Positions 33,996 to 44,351 of a stretch of 64,000 bases of DNA are shown one piece after another. Source of the stretch: Salpingoeca rosetta (Eukaryota; Protista; Choanoflagellata); assembly GCA_033442325.1 (NCBI GenBank), contig JAWQFM010000004.1:2452830-2516829 (forward strand), in the 5' to 3' direction. Every line of letters starts with the position of its first letter. Within the stretch, counting starts at the first letter, position 1. Under the pieces are notes generated by a model. It made no database searches. It saw only the letters and a list, made by a program, of their open reading frames with translations, and had not been told where the DNA came from. The position numbers and the translations under genes are program-made.

Positions 33996-34334
33996 ACGGA
34001 CGCACGCACACACACACACACACACACACACGAAACTTGACAATGCTTGCTTGTCGATCGCTGCCATGATGCCAACTCACGCCTTCATCCCACAACAAAA
34101 CAACAACACAGGCAGCACACGTTGTTCGCGCCACCATCGGCAACCTCGACAACAGCACCGCCATCATCAACGCCATCAACAACGCCACCAGTTGCGGAGC
34201 GCATTATGGTTCGCTGCGGCCCGAGAAAGAGCTTTGAACCCATCCCTACAACAGGACACGCACTTGCGAGTGGCGATATCATTGCTGTTGCTGGCGTCTG
34301 CTTTGTGTACACCACGCCCGCGGCACCCGCATAG
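29256..34334 (+). CDS. PHF12: PHF12/Rco1-like chromatin protein: PHD1, PHD2 and C-terminal FHA-like domain; multi-exon; 5' end probably in or near the gap at 28666-28765
   Basis: PHD1: CSTCGLGGDLICCEACPRVFHAYC...NPPVD...WFCRVC. PHD2: CFRC...CCECNTMFHYNCVSPPL...WRCPLH. FHA-like end: VGFDDTCDINL...HALLTFD...LASGDIIAVAGVCFVY. Exons have GT/AG boundaries. Confidence 0.75.
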
Positions 34335-34479
34335 CGCCGTGTTGTGTGTGTGTGTGTGTGTGTGTGCGTGTGTGTGTGTGTGTGATTGTGTGTGTGTGTG
34401 TGTGTGCGCGTGTGTGTGTGCGTGTAAGTGTGTGTGTGTGTGATTGTGTGTGTGTGTGTGCGCGTGTGTGTGTGCGTGT

Positions 34480-34539
<60 letters not shown>

Positions 34540-34633
34540 GATTGTGTTGCGCGCGCCTGTGTGTTGTGTGCGTGTAAGTCCGCGCGCGCGTGTGTGTTGA
34601 TTGTGTGGGGGTAAGTGTGTGATGTGTGTGGGT

Positions 34634-34865
34634 GTGATCGTATTCCCGCAAGAATGCACAAACGGTGGGTGATGGTTTTGTCTCTTTGACCAAATGCGTC
34701 ATCACCACCACCAACATCTCCGCCATCGCCACGATTATCGCCACCATCCAGCGCACCTGCAATGATGCCTGTGAGGAGGTCACCAGAGCCCCCAACCGCC
34801 ATGCCGGGATTGCCACCAACAACGACGCGCGTGCGTGTACCGTCAGTAACAATTGTGCCCGCGCC
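34634..34865 (-). CDS. Fragment of ADP/ATP-dependent NAD(P)HX dehydratase (YjeF C-terminal/NnrD)
   Basis: GAGTIVTDG...[21 protein letters not shown] is the YjeF_C signature. Upstream exons are presumably lost in the gap at 35156-35255 and the C-terminus is not recognisable. Confidence 0.65.
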
Positions 34866-34934
34866 TTGCATGCAGTAGTAGCAGAGGGGATGAAAATGCG
34901 TGATTTGATTGTGAGAAGGCGTACATGTTTGCGG

Positions 34935-34978
<44 letters not shown>

Positions 34979-34994
34979 GCGTGTGTGTGTGTGT

Positions 34995-35025
<31 letters not shown>

Positions 35026-35603
35026 CGTGTGTGCGTGTGCGCGTGTGTGGTGCGTTTCATTGCACGTGTATTCGTTTGTTTGATTGGTTGATTGGTTTGT
35101 CTGCTTCCCCTCTGTTCATGCGTATGTACATGTGCATGTGTGCGTATGTGTGCGTNNNNNNNNNNNNNNNNNNNNNNNNNNNNNNNNNNNNNNNNNNNNN
35201 NNNNNNNNNNNNNNNNNNNNNNNNNNNNNNNNNNNNNNNNNNNNNNNNNNNNNNNTGGACGAAAACTCCGTGCAGTACCTGCGGCAGTTGGAGCCGCTGC
35301 TGCTGGTGAAGTGGGCGTGCCACGGCGTGAGCGTGGACCTGGACCACAACCAGCATAGCCACCTTGTGCACATTTCGAGCTGTCCATGGGGTGTTATCTA
35401 TTTGGCGATTTGACCGTCGAAACTGAACGGCGTTAATGTAAGTGCAAATCGGAATAAAGACAACACGAAAACAGAAAGAAACCGAGACAGAAGGGGCAGC
35501 ACAATCGCAAAACAAACAACAGCAGTCAACGTAGATGCAAACGAAGAAACTATTGTGTGTTTTGGAACGAAGAGAGATAGTCTCTCTCTCTCTCTCTCTG
35601 TGT

Positions 35604-38600
35604 TTACCCCTGAAGCTGCGGCTGCCACACGCGCACAGTGCCGTCGCCGCTTCCAGACATGACTTGATCCTCGCGCGCCAAAAATGCAACTGAACTGACC
35701 CAGTCACAGTGACCTTTGCAAATAGCAACTTGATTGCCGGTTGAGAATTGCCAGAGTCGTACGGTTGTGTCACGACTTCCTGAAACGATGAGTCTGCCGC
35801 TTTGCGAAACGCGGACGGCGTTGATCCAATTGGTGTGGCCGGTGCAAGCTCTGATGAGACGTCGAGTGTGCACACACCAAACACGAATGGTGCAGTCACG
35901 ACCACCAGATACGACATGTTCACAATCTGGAGTGAAGGTGACTGAGTGGACAAAGTCTGTATTGCCTTCGCACACACCCACTTCCTGCAAGAATTCTGGT
36001 TCCGATTCGACGTTCACTTTGAACAGTCGAACTTCACGTTCACGCCCCGCAGTGGCAAAGAGGTTCTCAGCTCCGAAAGCAACAGACATGACCCACGCAG
36101 GACGCTCAAAGCACTGGGGCGGTTCTTCTGGCTTCTGCAAGTCCCACACCCGCAGCACGTGTTCTTTGCCTCCAGAACATATGAGAGCGTTCGAGGGGCT
36201 CAAAGCAATCGTGGCGACACAACCCTGATGCCCTTTCAACTCCCGAACGAGTGTTGCTCCTCTCGCGATGTCCCACATGCAAATTGTTTGGTCCCGACTC
36301 GCAGACATCAACAATGGGACGCGCTGAGTACCACCTGACCTGACAAACGCCAAAGCGTAAATGTAGTCAGAGTGAGCATGCCAGTGCAGTTGTGTTTTGC
36401 CTGTGTTAGCGTCCCACAAATAGATATGCTTGTCTTCGCCACCGGCAGCAATCAGCTCACCGTCTGGACTGGCAGCCACGGCCCGAATCGTTTGCAGCGG
36501 TGACGTGCTTGTATCACGCTTCGCTTCAATGTGCCAAAAACGCAGTGTGTTGTCCCCACTGCCAGACACGATTTTGCCATTTGATAGGAAAGCCACACAG
36601 CTGACCCAACTGACGTGTCCAGAAAAACAAGCGATGCGCCGAGGTTCTGAGATGGAACCAATGTCCCACACACGCACTTGCTTGTCCTTGCTTCCAGACG
36701 CCAAATGCTTGCCGTTGCAGCTAAATGCGACGCATAACACCCAGTCCGTGTGCCCTTCCAAAGTTGTCAGGAGGCTGAGGCCCTGCGTGCTCATCTTCCA
36801 CAGCCGCACGCACTTGTCGCGGTGACCGGACGCAAGCAAGCGTCTGTCATCCGAGATTGCCAATGAGTGAACGATCGATGCACATAGTGTCGCGAACTCT
36901 TGGCCTTGAGCTTGGCCTTGAGCGGTGTCCCAAATGCGAATAAATTTGTCAGTGCGAGCAAAAGCACAAACGTTGCCGTCTCTGCTTGTTGCCATTGCTT
37001 CAACTCGATACTCCTGTGTGTGGCAATAGGCTGTCATGGCACAACTGAAGTTGCCTGATTTGGGGCTCTTCCTCCAAATGCGTACACGTCCTCGACGATC
37101 ACCAGACGCAATCTGGGCGCCATTGCGACTGGTCACCACAGATGTGACAGCAGCAGCAGTAGCAGCAGTGTCGGGATTGAGCTCAGACAAAGTTTCATCA
37201 TCCTGGTGGATTTGCCAGACTAGAATCGTGCCGTCACCATGGCCAGACACAATCGTTGATCCATCAGAGCTAGCCGCCACGCTAGCCACTCGCCCATGGC
37301 AATGATTGATCGTTGGGCATTGCTCACCGGTGCATGTGTTCCAGACGCGTAAAGTTGCGTCATCGCTGCCAGAAACAATGAAGTCACCAGCTACGGCAAC
37401 GGAGGTGACGGCGGCTTGATGGCCTGCAAGCCGCAACAACGACATTGGGGGTGAATCAAGAGGCAGCCGAAGAACTTGCTTCGCATGATTTGAAGCCCGC
37501 CACAGCCAGTTGGACGCCATGGAATCATGTAAGCATGAGTTGAAGGGAATGTTGGCGACAAAATGAGCACAACCATCCAACGTCAACGGTTCAGGAACCC
37601 AGTATGTTCCAAATACACGCGATGTGTCCGTCAGTAGATGGCTGAGTTGGAGACAATCTTTCACCTGACTTACGGCAGCAGCTGTGACTGGCAGCTCCCT
37701 CTGAAACGACCACTTCCTGCCCATGGTGTGCGCTTGCAGCAGCAGCCATTGTGCAAAGGCAGTTGTCGCCTCATTGGATGAAGGGTACACTTCATCTCGG
37801 GCCTGGGCTGCTTCTTCCTCTTTGCGCTTTTGCACGAAGCATGAATTCCATCCGTCAAGGGCTTCTTCACATCTGCATAACACCCTCTGCATGCTGTCGC
37901 TTTGCGAATACGATGGCAGCCTTGCATCTTGAACTGCCCTGCCACACTGCGCTAAGTGCACGTGCCCATACTGAAGGGCGTACACCACTACGGGCTCCTG
38001 GGGACTTTGTTCTTCAATCAACGTTGCCTCTGCCTCGCTATCACAAAATGCCAGAAGATCCCTGTCTTGCAGCACCCTCAGGCACGCGCGAGCGAGGATG
38101 GCGTGGCCTTCCCGCTCGTCCACAAAGTGAGGGCCAGCTCGCTGCTTGTCGGTGAGGAAGTCATTGACGGTCTTGTGTAGCGGCTCAATCACGTCGTGCT
38201 TGCTGCTGGCGGAGAAGAGAAGCGACAGCGCGCTCAGTAACTGGTGCGTCAGTACCTTGTTCTGCACCCGACCACCACCACACAGCTCATGCAGATCACC
38301 TACAGGCAGCGGCTGACGGGAAGCCACAATCACCGCTAACACATCGCGCAGGGCACCCTGCAGCAAGTGCAGCACTGCCAGCCCTTTCGCGTCATCAGCG
38401 TGCGGTAACACATCCGCAATTTCGGCTGCTGCGTGCTTGAGCCTTGCATGGATGCGGTCAAGAGTCTTCGTGTACGTGCGGTCAATGAAGCTGCCGCTGG
38501 TGCTGAGCAGGTCTCCGACATCACTCACGGTGAGCGAATGCCTCTGGTTGGCATCTGCATTGGCAACAGCATCGACGATAAGCTTCCCAGCCAAGAACAC

Positions 38601-40385
38601 ACCATCGGCTTTCTCAACTATCATGTTCACGGCCTCTTCTTGCTCAGCGTGCTTCAATTTGCACAGGCTGGTCTGCTCGATGATGGTGTTGTGTACGAAC
38701 ATCTTCAGGTCGTCCCGTTGCTGCTCATCCTGCCGGTCGATGGTGAACGGGTCAAGATTCTTGAAGAAGGCGAGGATGTCCTCCTCCGGGCGCGATGTGA
38801 CAACGAATCGTACACATGGCGGGAGCAACTGTAACTGCCCGCCCACCAGACGCAGGAACTTCGTGCGGCTGGTACCATCACGCAGCTCGTCCAACGCGTC
38901 AATCAGGACAAAAACATCACCTGCTGACTGTGGTCGCTTCTTAAGCGCTGCCTTGAGAGGATTTGCCAGGACGTTTTCAAACGCATCTTTCAAGCAGTCA
39001 TGAATGCCGGCTGCATGTTCTGTGAAGATGTTGCGCCTCTCCACGTTAGCGCCTTGAAGAATCGCTCTATATTCCTCACGTAGCTCAGGCAGCTGCGTTG
39101 CAAGCCGAAAAGCAAGGGTGTTGATGGCCTTGAGCGGGTTGTTGCGCGCGACGTCGTCGTGCTTGCAGAAGAAGTGAGCTGCAATCAGAGGTTTGTCATC
39201 GCCATGATGACTGTCGCCGCCGCTTTGCGCCTCGCTCCCATACCGCTGCACAAGCTGGGCTGCAATCACACTCTTGCCGAGTCCACCCGTGCCCCGAATC
39301 CAGAATACACGCTTGTCTTGGTTGCTCAAAGACTGACTTCGTTTCGGCCGCTTTGGACTGTGAATATCTGGGTCGTGCATGGCCCACGCTTCAAATGCAT
39401 CGAACACCCATTGTCGCGTCCCTTCTGCGAATCTCCGCTGGTGTTGGAGCAGATCCGTACCAAAGTCGGCAGGGCACAACGCCCTGCGCAAGGCGAGGTC
39501 CGCAAAGTGGCGAGGGTCTGAACTTAAGTGGTGCAGCACAGCCTCTGCCATTGAGGGGTGTCCATTGATAAAACTCTTGAAGGCGTGCACGGTGGTGGTG
39601 TCCCGTGTTCCATTCTTACCGGCGAAGAACGAGTAGATGCTTGGCTCGTCTATCAAACGAGAACAGGTAGATTGCGTGTCAAGACAATCGATGTTGGATT
39701 CCATGGCATCAAGCAACACTTGCACTGGTACCTGCTCCTGGCCGATTTGCTGAACGTAGAAATCTATCGCATCACGTGCGCGCAAGTCCTCCAAGCAGTC
39801 GAACGAGGCGGGTGGTGCGGAACCGTGAAGGGATGTCATGATTGTTGTAATAGAAGTGAAGGTGTTCTTGAGTTGACTGGCTGCTTTGTTTATCGCGTCG
39901 TGTGTGTGATTGCTGCACACAAAGCGTTTGATCGCTTCGAGAGGTCCTGAGTTCCTGCTCAATTCATGTCGAACAACCCGATCTGCAAACCAAACATTGT
40001 CAAGAAATTCCTCAAAGAGGTCCTCGAAATGATACCGCTTGCCGGGCTTGTCCAGCTTTCTGAGCTGTTCGACAGCCCAAGGTACAAGTTTCATGTCGCT
40101 GATTAAGTGCAGTGTGTCTGTCTCATTGTCGTCAAGTGTTCTGTTTCGTTCTTCGGCATCCCGACTCAAGCTGACTAGAGAGAGCACTGCAGCAACTGGA
40201 TTGCCTGCCGAAGCCACAAGGTGGGCACCCTGTTGTTCTCTTGCCCAAGAACGAAAAGCAGCAATCAGCGTCTGGTGCCGTGTTTTCACTGGCTTGAATA
40301 CCCAGGCCTCCGCGAATGACGCGTCTCTGAGCCCCAGCTCATTCAAGAACTCGAGCCTCTCTTCGACAACGCGGGGGTAACGCAA
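35604..40385 (-). CDS. NLR-like STAND protein: N-terminal helical domain, NACHT NTPase and ~13-14 WD40 repeats; single 4.8-kb exon
   Basis: Pre-NACHT GTRQWVF, Walker A VFWIRGTGGLGKS, AAHFFCKHDD, Walker B VFVLIDALDEL, sensor RFVVTSRPE, KADGVFL and LHKTVNDFLTD. Repeated GH...V..VAF...SGS.D.T.R.W units follow. The listed start is TTG; the true start is likely upstream. Confidence 0.92.
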   Translation of the reverse strand: MRYPRVVEERLEFLNELGLRDASFAEAWVFKPVKTRHQTLIAAFRSWAREQQGAHLVASAGNPVAAVLSLVSLSRDAEERNRTLDDNETDTLHLISDMKLVPWAVEQLRKLDKPGKRYHFEDLFEEFLDNVWFADRVVRHELSRNSGPLEAIKRFVCSNHTHDAINKAASQLKNTFTSITTIMTSLHGSAPPASFDCLEDLRARDAIDFYVQQIGQEQVPVQVLLDAMESNIDCLDTQSTCSRLIDEPSIYSFFAGKNGTRDTTTVHAFKSFINGHPSMAEAVLHHLSSDPRHFADLALRRALCPADFGTDLLQHQRRFAEGTRQWVFDAFEAWAMHDPDIHSPKRPKRSQSLSNQDKRVFWIRGTGGLGKSVIAAQLVQRYGSEAQSGGDSHHGDDKPLIAAHFFCKHDDVARNNPLKAINTLAFRLATQLPELREEYRAILQGANVERRNIFTEHAAGIHDCLKDAFENVLANPLKAALKKRPQSAGDVFVLIDALDELRDGTSRTKFLRLVGGQLQLLPPCVRFVVTSRPEEDILAFFKNLDPFTIDRQDEQQRDDLKMFVHNTIIEQTSLCKLKHAEQEEAVNMIVEKADGVFLAGKLIVDAVANADANQRHSLTVSDVGDLLSTSGSFIDRTYTKTLDRIHARLKHAAAEIADVLPHADDAKGLAVLHLLQGALRDVLAVIVASRQPLPVGDLHELCGGGRVQNKVLTHQLLSALSLLFSASSKHDVIEPLHKTVNDFLTDKQRAGPHFVDEREGHAILARACLRVLQDRDLLAFCDSEAEATLIEEQSPQEPVVVYALQYGHVHLAQCGRAVQDARLPSYSQSDSMQRVLCRCEEALDGWNSCFVQKRKEEEAAQARDEVYPSSNEATTAFAQWLLLQAHTMGRKWSFQRELPVTAAAVSQVKDCLQLSHLLTDTSRVFGTYWVPEPLTLDGCAHFVANIPFNSCLHDSMASNWLWRASNHAKQVLRLPLDSPPMSLLRLAGHQAAVTSVAVAGDFIVSGSDDATLRVWNTCTGEQCPTINHCHGRVASVAASSDGSTIVSGHGDGTILVWQIHQDDETLSELNPDTAATAAAVTSVVTSRNGAQIASGDRRGRVRIWRKSPKSGNFSCAMTAYCHTQEYRVEAMATSRDGNVCAFARTDKFIRIWDTAQGQAQGQEFATLCASIVHSLAISDDRRLLASGHRDKCVRLWKMSTQGLSLLTTLEGHTDWVLCVAFSCNGKHLASGSKDKQVRVWDIGSISEPRRIACFSGHVSWVSCVAFLSNGKIVSGSGDNTLRFWHIEAKRDTSTSPLQTIRAVAASPDGELIAAGGEDKHIYLWDANTGKTQLHWHAHSDYIYALAFVRSGGTQRVPLLMSASRDQTICMWDIARGATLVRELKGHQGCVATIALSPSNALICSGGKEHVLRVWDLQKPEEPPQCFERPAWVMSVAFGAENLFATAGREREVRLFKVNVESEPEFLQEVGVCEGNTDFVHSVTFTPDCEHVVSGGRDCTIRVWCVHTRRLIRACTGHTNWINAVRVSQSGRLIVSGSRDTTVRLWQFSTGNQVAICKGHCDWVSSVAFLAREDQVMSGSGDGTVRVWQPQLQG

Positions 40386-40423
40386 AACAGTGTCTCAGGC
40401 GCCCTGCTTGGTGGATTGAAAGT

Positions 40424-40579
40424 TTAAAACTGCGTTGCGAGAGGTACATTGCCTTCATCAGCAGTCTCCACCAGCTCCTTTCCGGTCACACAGCAGAGGG
40501 CGTCAGATAGGCTTTCAAGCCCATGTCCCTGAAGCCATCTAGTGAGTTCTTGCGCGCGAAGATGCTTCACCTCCTCCAT
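40424..40579 (-). CDS. Probable first exon of the NACHT-WD40 gene encoding the start of a SAM-like domain
   Basis: MEEVKHLRAQELTRWLQGHGLESLSDAL..VTGKELV resembles the SAM consensus (V..WL...GL..Y...F....IDG..LL). The downstream ORF begins with FLNELGL (cf. L.ELGI). The join between them is not clean. Confidence 0.5.
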   Translation of the reverse strand: MEEVKHLRAQELTRWLQGHGLESLSDALCCVTGKELVETADEGNVPLATQF

Positions 40580-40976
40580 TGCTGCTTGAAAATTGCTTTT
40601 GGCGCTGAAGAAAATGGATGCTGGCAACTCACAGTTGGACTGGAGCTTTGAGGATGTGTTCACACTTGTGGGCGTTCCTGGCCAATTTGATCAAAGCAAC
40701 AACGTTGCCCAATCGGGAAGTAGGCTTCTCAGAGCCTGCCGCTCAGAAAAAGTTTCTTCTGCAGGCAAGAGTTTGCCTCAAAGCAGCAGGTGTTGAGGAA
40801 AACAGTAGTTTGGGCTGCGTCGTTTTGACCCGTTGTCACCGGCCCACCTTTGTCAACAAGATTCCCATAAATAGAAACAGAATCCTCGAAATACGAAGTT
40901 CTCAAATGAGCACGAATTTGACGGATGTTTGTTGTCACGACGTTTTCACTTTCCCCCTGATTGGTTGGCCGTCAAC

Positions 40977-41822
40977 ATGGCTGTTCCAAACCCTACACGG
41001 TGTGTGTACGTGTATGACGTTCCAACAACCGCTGCACCAATCCCACTCCATCATCAATTGTACGCTTCTTGGGATGGTGCATCCCAAGCAGCTCGAGACC
41101 ATGTATTTGGTCAAGCTGAGGGAGCTGGCCTTACCCCAACACCCGTGAGCATGCCTCATGGCTTCTCCCTTCGCACTCAGCTGACGAACAGCCAGTTTCC
41201 CAACGCAAGTGCCCGACCTCAGCCCTTTCCTTTCAACGTTCACGCCAGGTAAGTACTTGCTTCCGCATTTTGAACAGACACAGCAACACAAAGCCAGCCC
41301 ACTGCATACACTTGTCACCCGAGAACCATTGAGTGCCGGCGTCATGACCGCGTGCTTTATGAATCGAATTGTTACAGGTTTGATCCACAACACATCTCTG
41401 GCCAGCTGTTTTGGGGAACTGAGGCAGCAGCAGTCACATTTCACGGAACGGAGCAAAAGCCAAAGCACAGGAAGAAGGACAAGAAGAAAAGAAGCAAAAA
41501 GAAAACTGTCAAGTGGTGTCGAACCGAAGACGGCGCTCACATCCAAGCTTCAGGTGCCAAAGTGCTCTTATTCTTCGCACTCACCGGCAATATGAGCAAG
41601 GCTGTGTACTCCGCCATGTATCGGTGGAATGTCCAGTACCCAAACAATCGCTGGGAAAGCTCAAGCTGCACAGGATCTTACGTCCTTCAGCAGATGCCTC
41701 GTGGGGCGACCACTCGAGAGATCTCAGACGGTACACTGCGCTCTTTGCGTGACGAAGGATGCTATGGACGCGGTGGATACTTGGGCTTTCTCAACGTCCA
41801 GAATTACCAGCAGTGTCCGTAG
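40977..41822 (+). CDS. Two-exon orphan protein (~238 aa) with basic NLS-like patch
   Basis: ATG at 40977. The intron 41249-41377 (GTAAGT...TTACAG) joins exon 1 in frame to the ORF ending at 41822. Contains KPKHRKKDKKKRSKKK. Confidence 0.65.
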
Positions 41823-43070
41823 TTGCCTGAAGTGAAGTGAGGATGTGGTTGATGATGTGATTGTTTGTTGTTGTTTCTTTGGTTTGTGTTCTTCGCGCCT
41901 GTTCGTGAAGCTCAACCTGCCGTTCCTTAAACTTTGTTGGATGCGAGTTTGTGAAATGATACCTTGAAGTTTTTGGTTAGTAGTGGAGTGGCTGTGTGTT
42001 TGTTGGACTTTGGGAAAGGTCTTGCTGTTGACTCTGTGGGAGACGTTGTCGCAGATAAAGAAGACAAGGTGATAAGATAAGTGACACAACGAAGCACGGG
42101 AAGTAGAGACAGGCACAAGGTCGAGAGAGGAGTGCGGGGATTCGGATCTTGTAGTGTTTCTGTTCTTGGTCAAGAAGGGTTCCATTCTGTTGTTTGGTTC
42201 TCAACTTGAAATGGCCCTGCACTCCGAGACTCCGAGCGGACCAGGCTTAGAGGCTTTGATGTTCGCGATTGGTATGTTGTGAAGTGCAATTTTTTCCTGT
42301 TCCACGGACCCCTGTTGAAGTAGAGATGTGCTGTTCTTCGGAGCTCAACAGGCTCACGAGTATAGTCGCCCAACACCCTTTCGTGTTCAAGTCGTGACAC
42401 ATTGTGTTGCTTGTTGGTGTGAAGGCAGAAAGCTCGTTCGAACGAAGATTCTCAATGCGCGCTGGCAATGTTGTGGTAATTCATTCCTTCATTCATGCTA
42501 CCAGGTACCACCTTACCACTGTGGCCTTGTCTGGCGTGCTGTGAGGTGCGGCTGCCGTTGGCGTCGTTGTGTATGGGTATTGGAAAGTGACCAAAACTAA
42601 GAAACTAGTGGCCGCATGACACCAGCACCTTCAAACAGCGGTGAGATGACACATGGTGTAGCGTGAGGGAGAGGAGCAGCGCTGACCGGGCTCTGAATGC
42701 AGATGCAATCCCTTTCCACCTTCCGACTGTCGCTCATTGCCCGTGTACCACATTTGTGTGTCCCTGTGAATACATTCTATCAACTTGGCTTCCGTAACAG
42801 AGGAAACAGAGGCGGATGCTTCTCCTTCTTTAACCGACCGCAGGACCGCACCACGTCTGCTGACTCCGGTGTGGACAGCCAGCGGACCCTTGCGGGAGGA
42901 AGGACACGATACAAGAATGTCCACGCTGACTGTGGACTGGAGTGATGAAGCAGGATATATGAATGACATGNNNNNNNNNNNNNNNNNNNNNNNNNNNNNN
43001 NNNNNNNNNNNNNNNNNNNNNNNNNNNNNNNNNNNNNNNNNNNNNNNNNNNNNNNNNNNNNNNNNNNNNN

Positions 43071-43108
<38 letters not shown>

Positions 43109-43236
43109 TGAGTGAGTGCGGATAGATACAGCGTCAAGTAGTGTGTGCAAGGCACAAAGGCATGCAGTTGTGAACAACGAGAGCATCATCAAGCTAAGCA
43201 AAAGACGCGCGTCGCAAGCAGGGCTGTTGCTTGTAC

Positions 43237-44038
43237 CAGTGGAATGCGGTCGCTGACAAACTGGTTGAACGAGTTGCGCTCAAACCCTGCCAGGAGGCAT
43301 GGCATGGCATGAAGATGAGCAGCTGCTGCACACCATTCGAGGCACAGACAATGACACGACCAAGGGCGCGCACACGCACAAACACGAACACTCACACATG
43401 CACACGTGCACACGCACACACATACGTACACATGAACACTCACACATATGCACAAGACACATACACACAGCCCTCCCTCACCGATCTTGGCCTCCTCTTG
43501 TGCTTGTGGGGTGTTCTGCAGTTCGAGGGCTTGTCTCCTCATGCCTTCATGATGCGCTGCGAATGGGGCTGGGAAGTATGGCTCAGGCAACCCCTGATGA
43601 AAGCGGCAGCGCGAGGGTGAGTCCACGGAGAAGTGAGTTGAAGGAGTTCAAAGGTGATGGTGATTTCAGGCGAGGCATAAGAGAGAGACAGAGAGACAGA
43701 GGTGCAGAGAGAGACAGAGAGACAGAGACAGACAGACAAAGAGAGAGAGAGGGGGGAGGGAGGGAGCACACTCAACGAGACAACACATACACACCCACAC
43801 ATCAACACACACACACATCCACACACATTCACACACACACGCACAACCATCCACACACGCACAACCATCCACACACGCACAACCATCCACACACACACAC
43901 CTGCTGGTTAAGTGGAAGGTGTGCGTATGCATTGTTGGACGGATCGCCCCTGTTGAAGAAGAGTACGCAGCCTGTCACAAGCGCAGCGAGCACCACCATG
44001 CGCCGTGGGCTGCACAGCCACCACCGGCGCCCAAACAT
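43237..44038 (-). CDS. GALNT: Polypeptide N-acetylgalactosaminyltransferase (GT27)-like, first three exons; remainder lost in the gap at 42971-43070
   Basis: Exons 44038-43901, 43593-43482 and 43286-43237 splice in frame at GT/AG. They give a type II signal anchor followed by GFERNSFNQFVSDRIPL, the conserved ppGalNAc-T stem motif F-N-xx-x-S-D-x-I-x-L. Confidence 0.72.
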
Positions 44039-44351
44039 CGTTCCGCGTCTTGTCTGTGTGCGTGTGTGTGTATCTTGTGTATGTGCGTGTATGTGCGTCC
44101 TTCAACGTGCCTCTAACTCTGTTTGTCCCTCGTCTTGTCCCCGGTCCTTCGCTGCTGTATCTGTAGTCGAGGCCCCTTGTGCCGCTCCCTTGCGTTGCAC
44201 GCTGGCCAACCCTGCACTGGCAAGACCAACAAGGTACACGGTGGGAAGGTCGTGTGTGTTGTGTTTGTCAAAGGCGGCGAAAAGTCCTTCCACAGCAGAA
44301 ACCGTTCCGCAACTTGATTTCAACTTGTGCTGTCGTGTTTGACCAGCGAAT

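Noticed and set aside
35257-35413. Short plus-strand coding-like fragment after the gap
   Set aside because: It is too short and unrecognisable to assign; it may be the end of a gene hidden in the gap.
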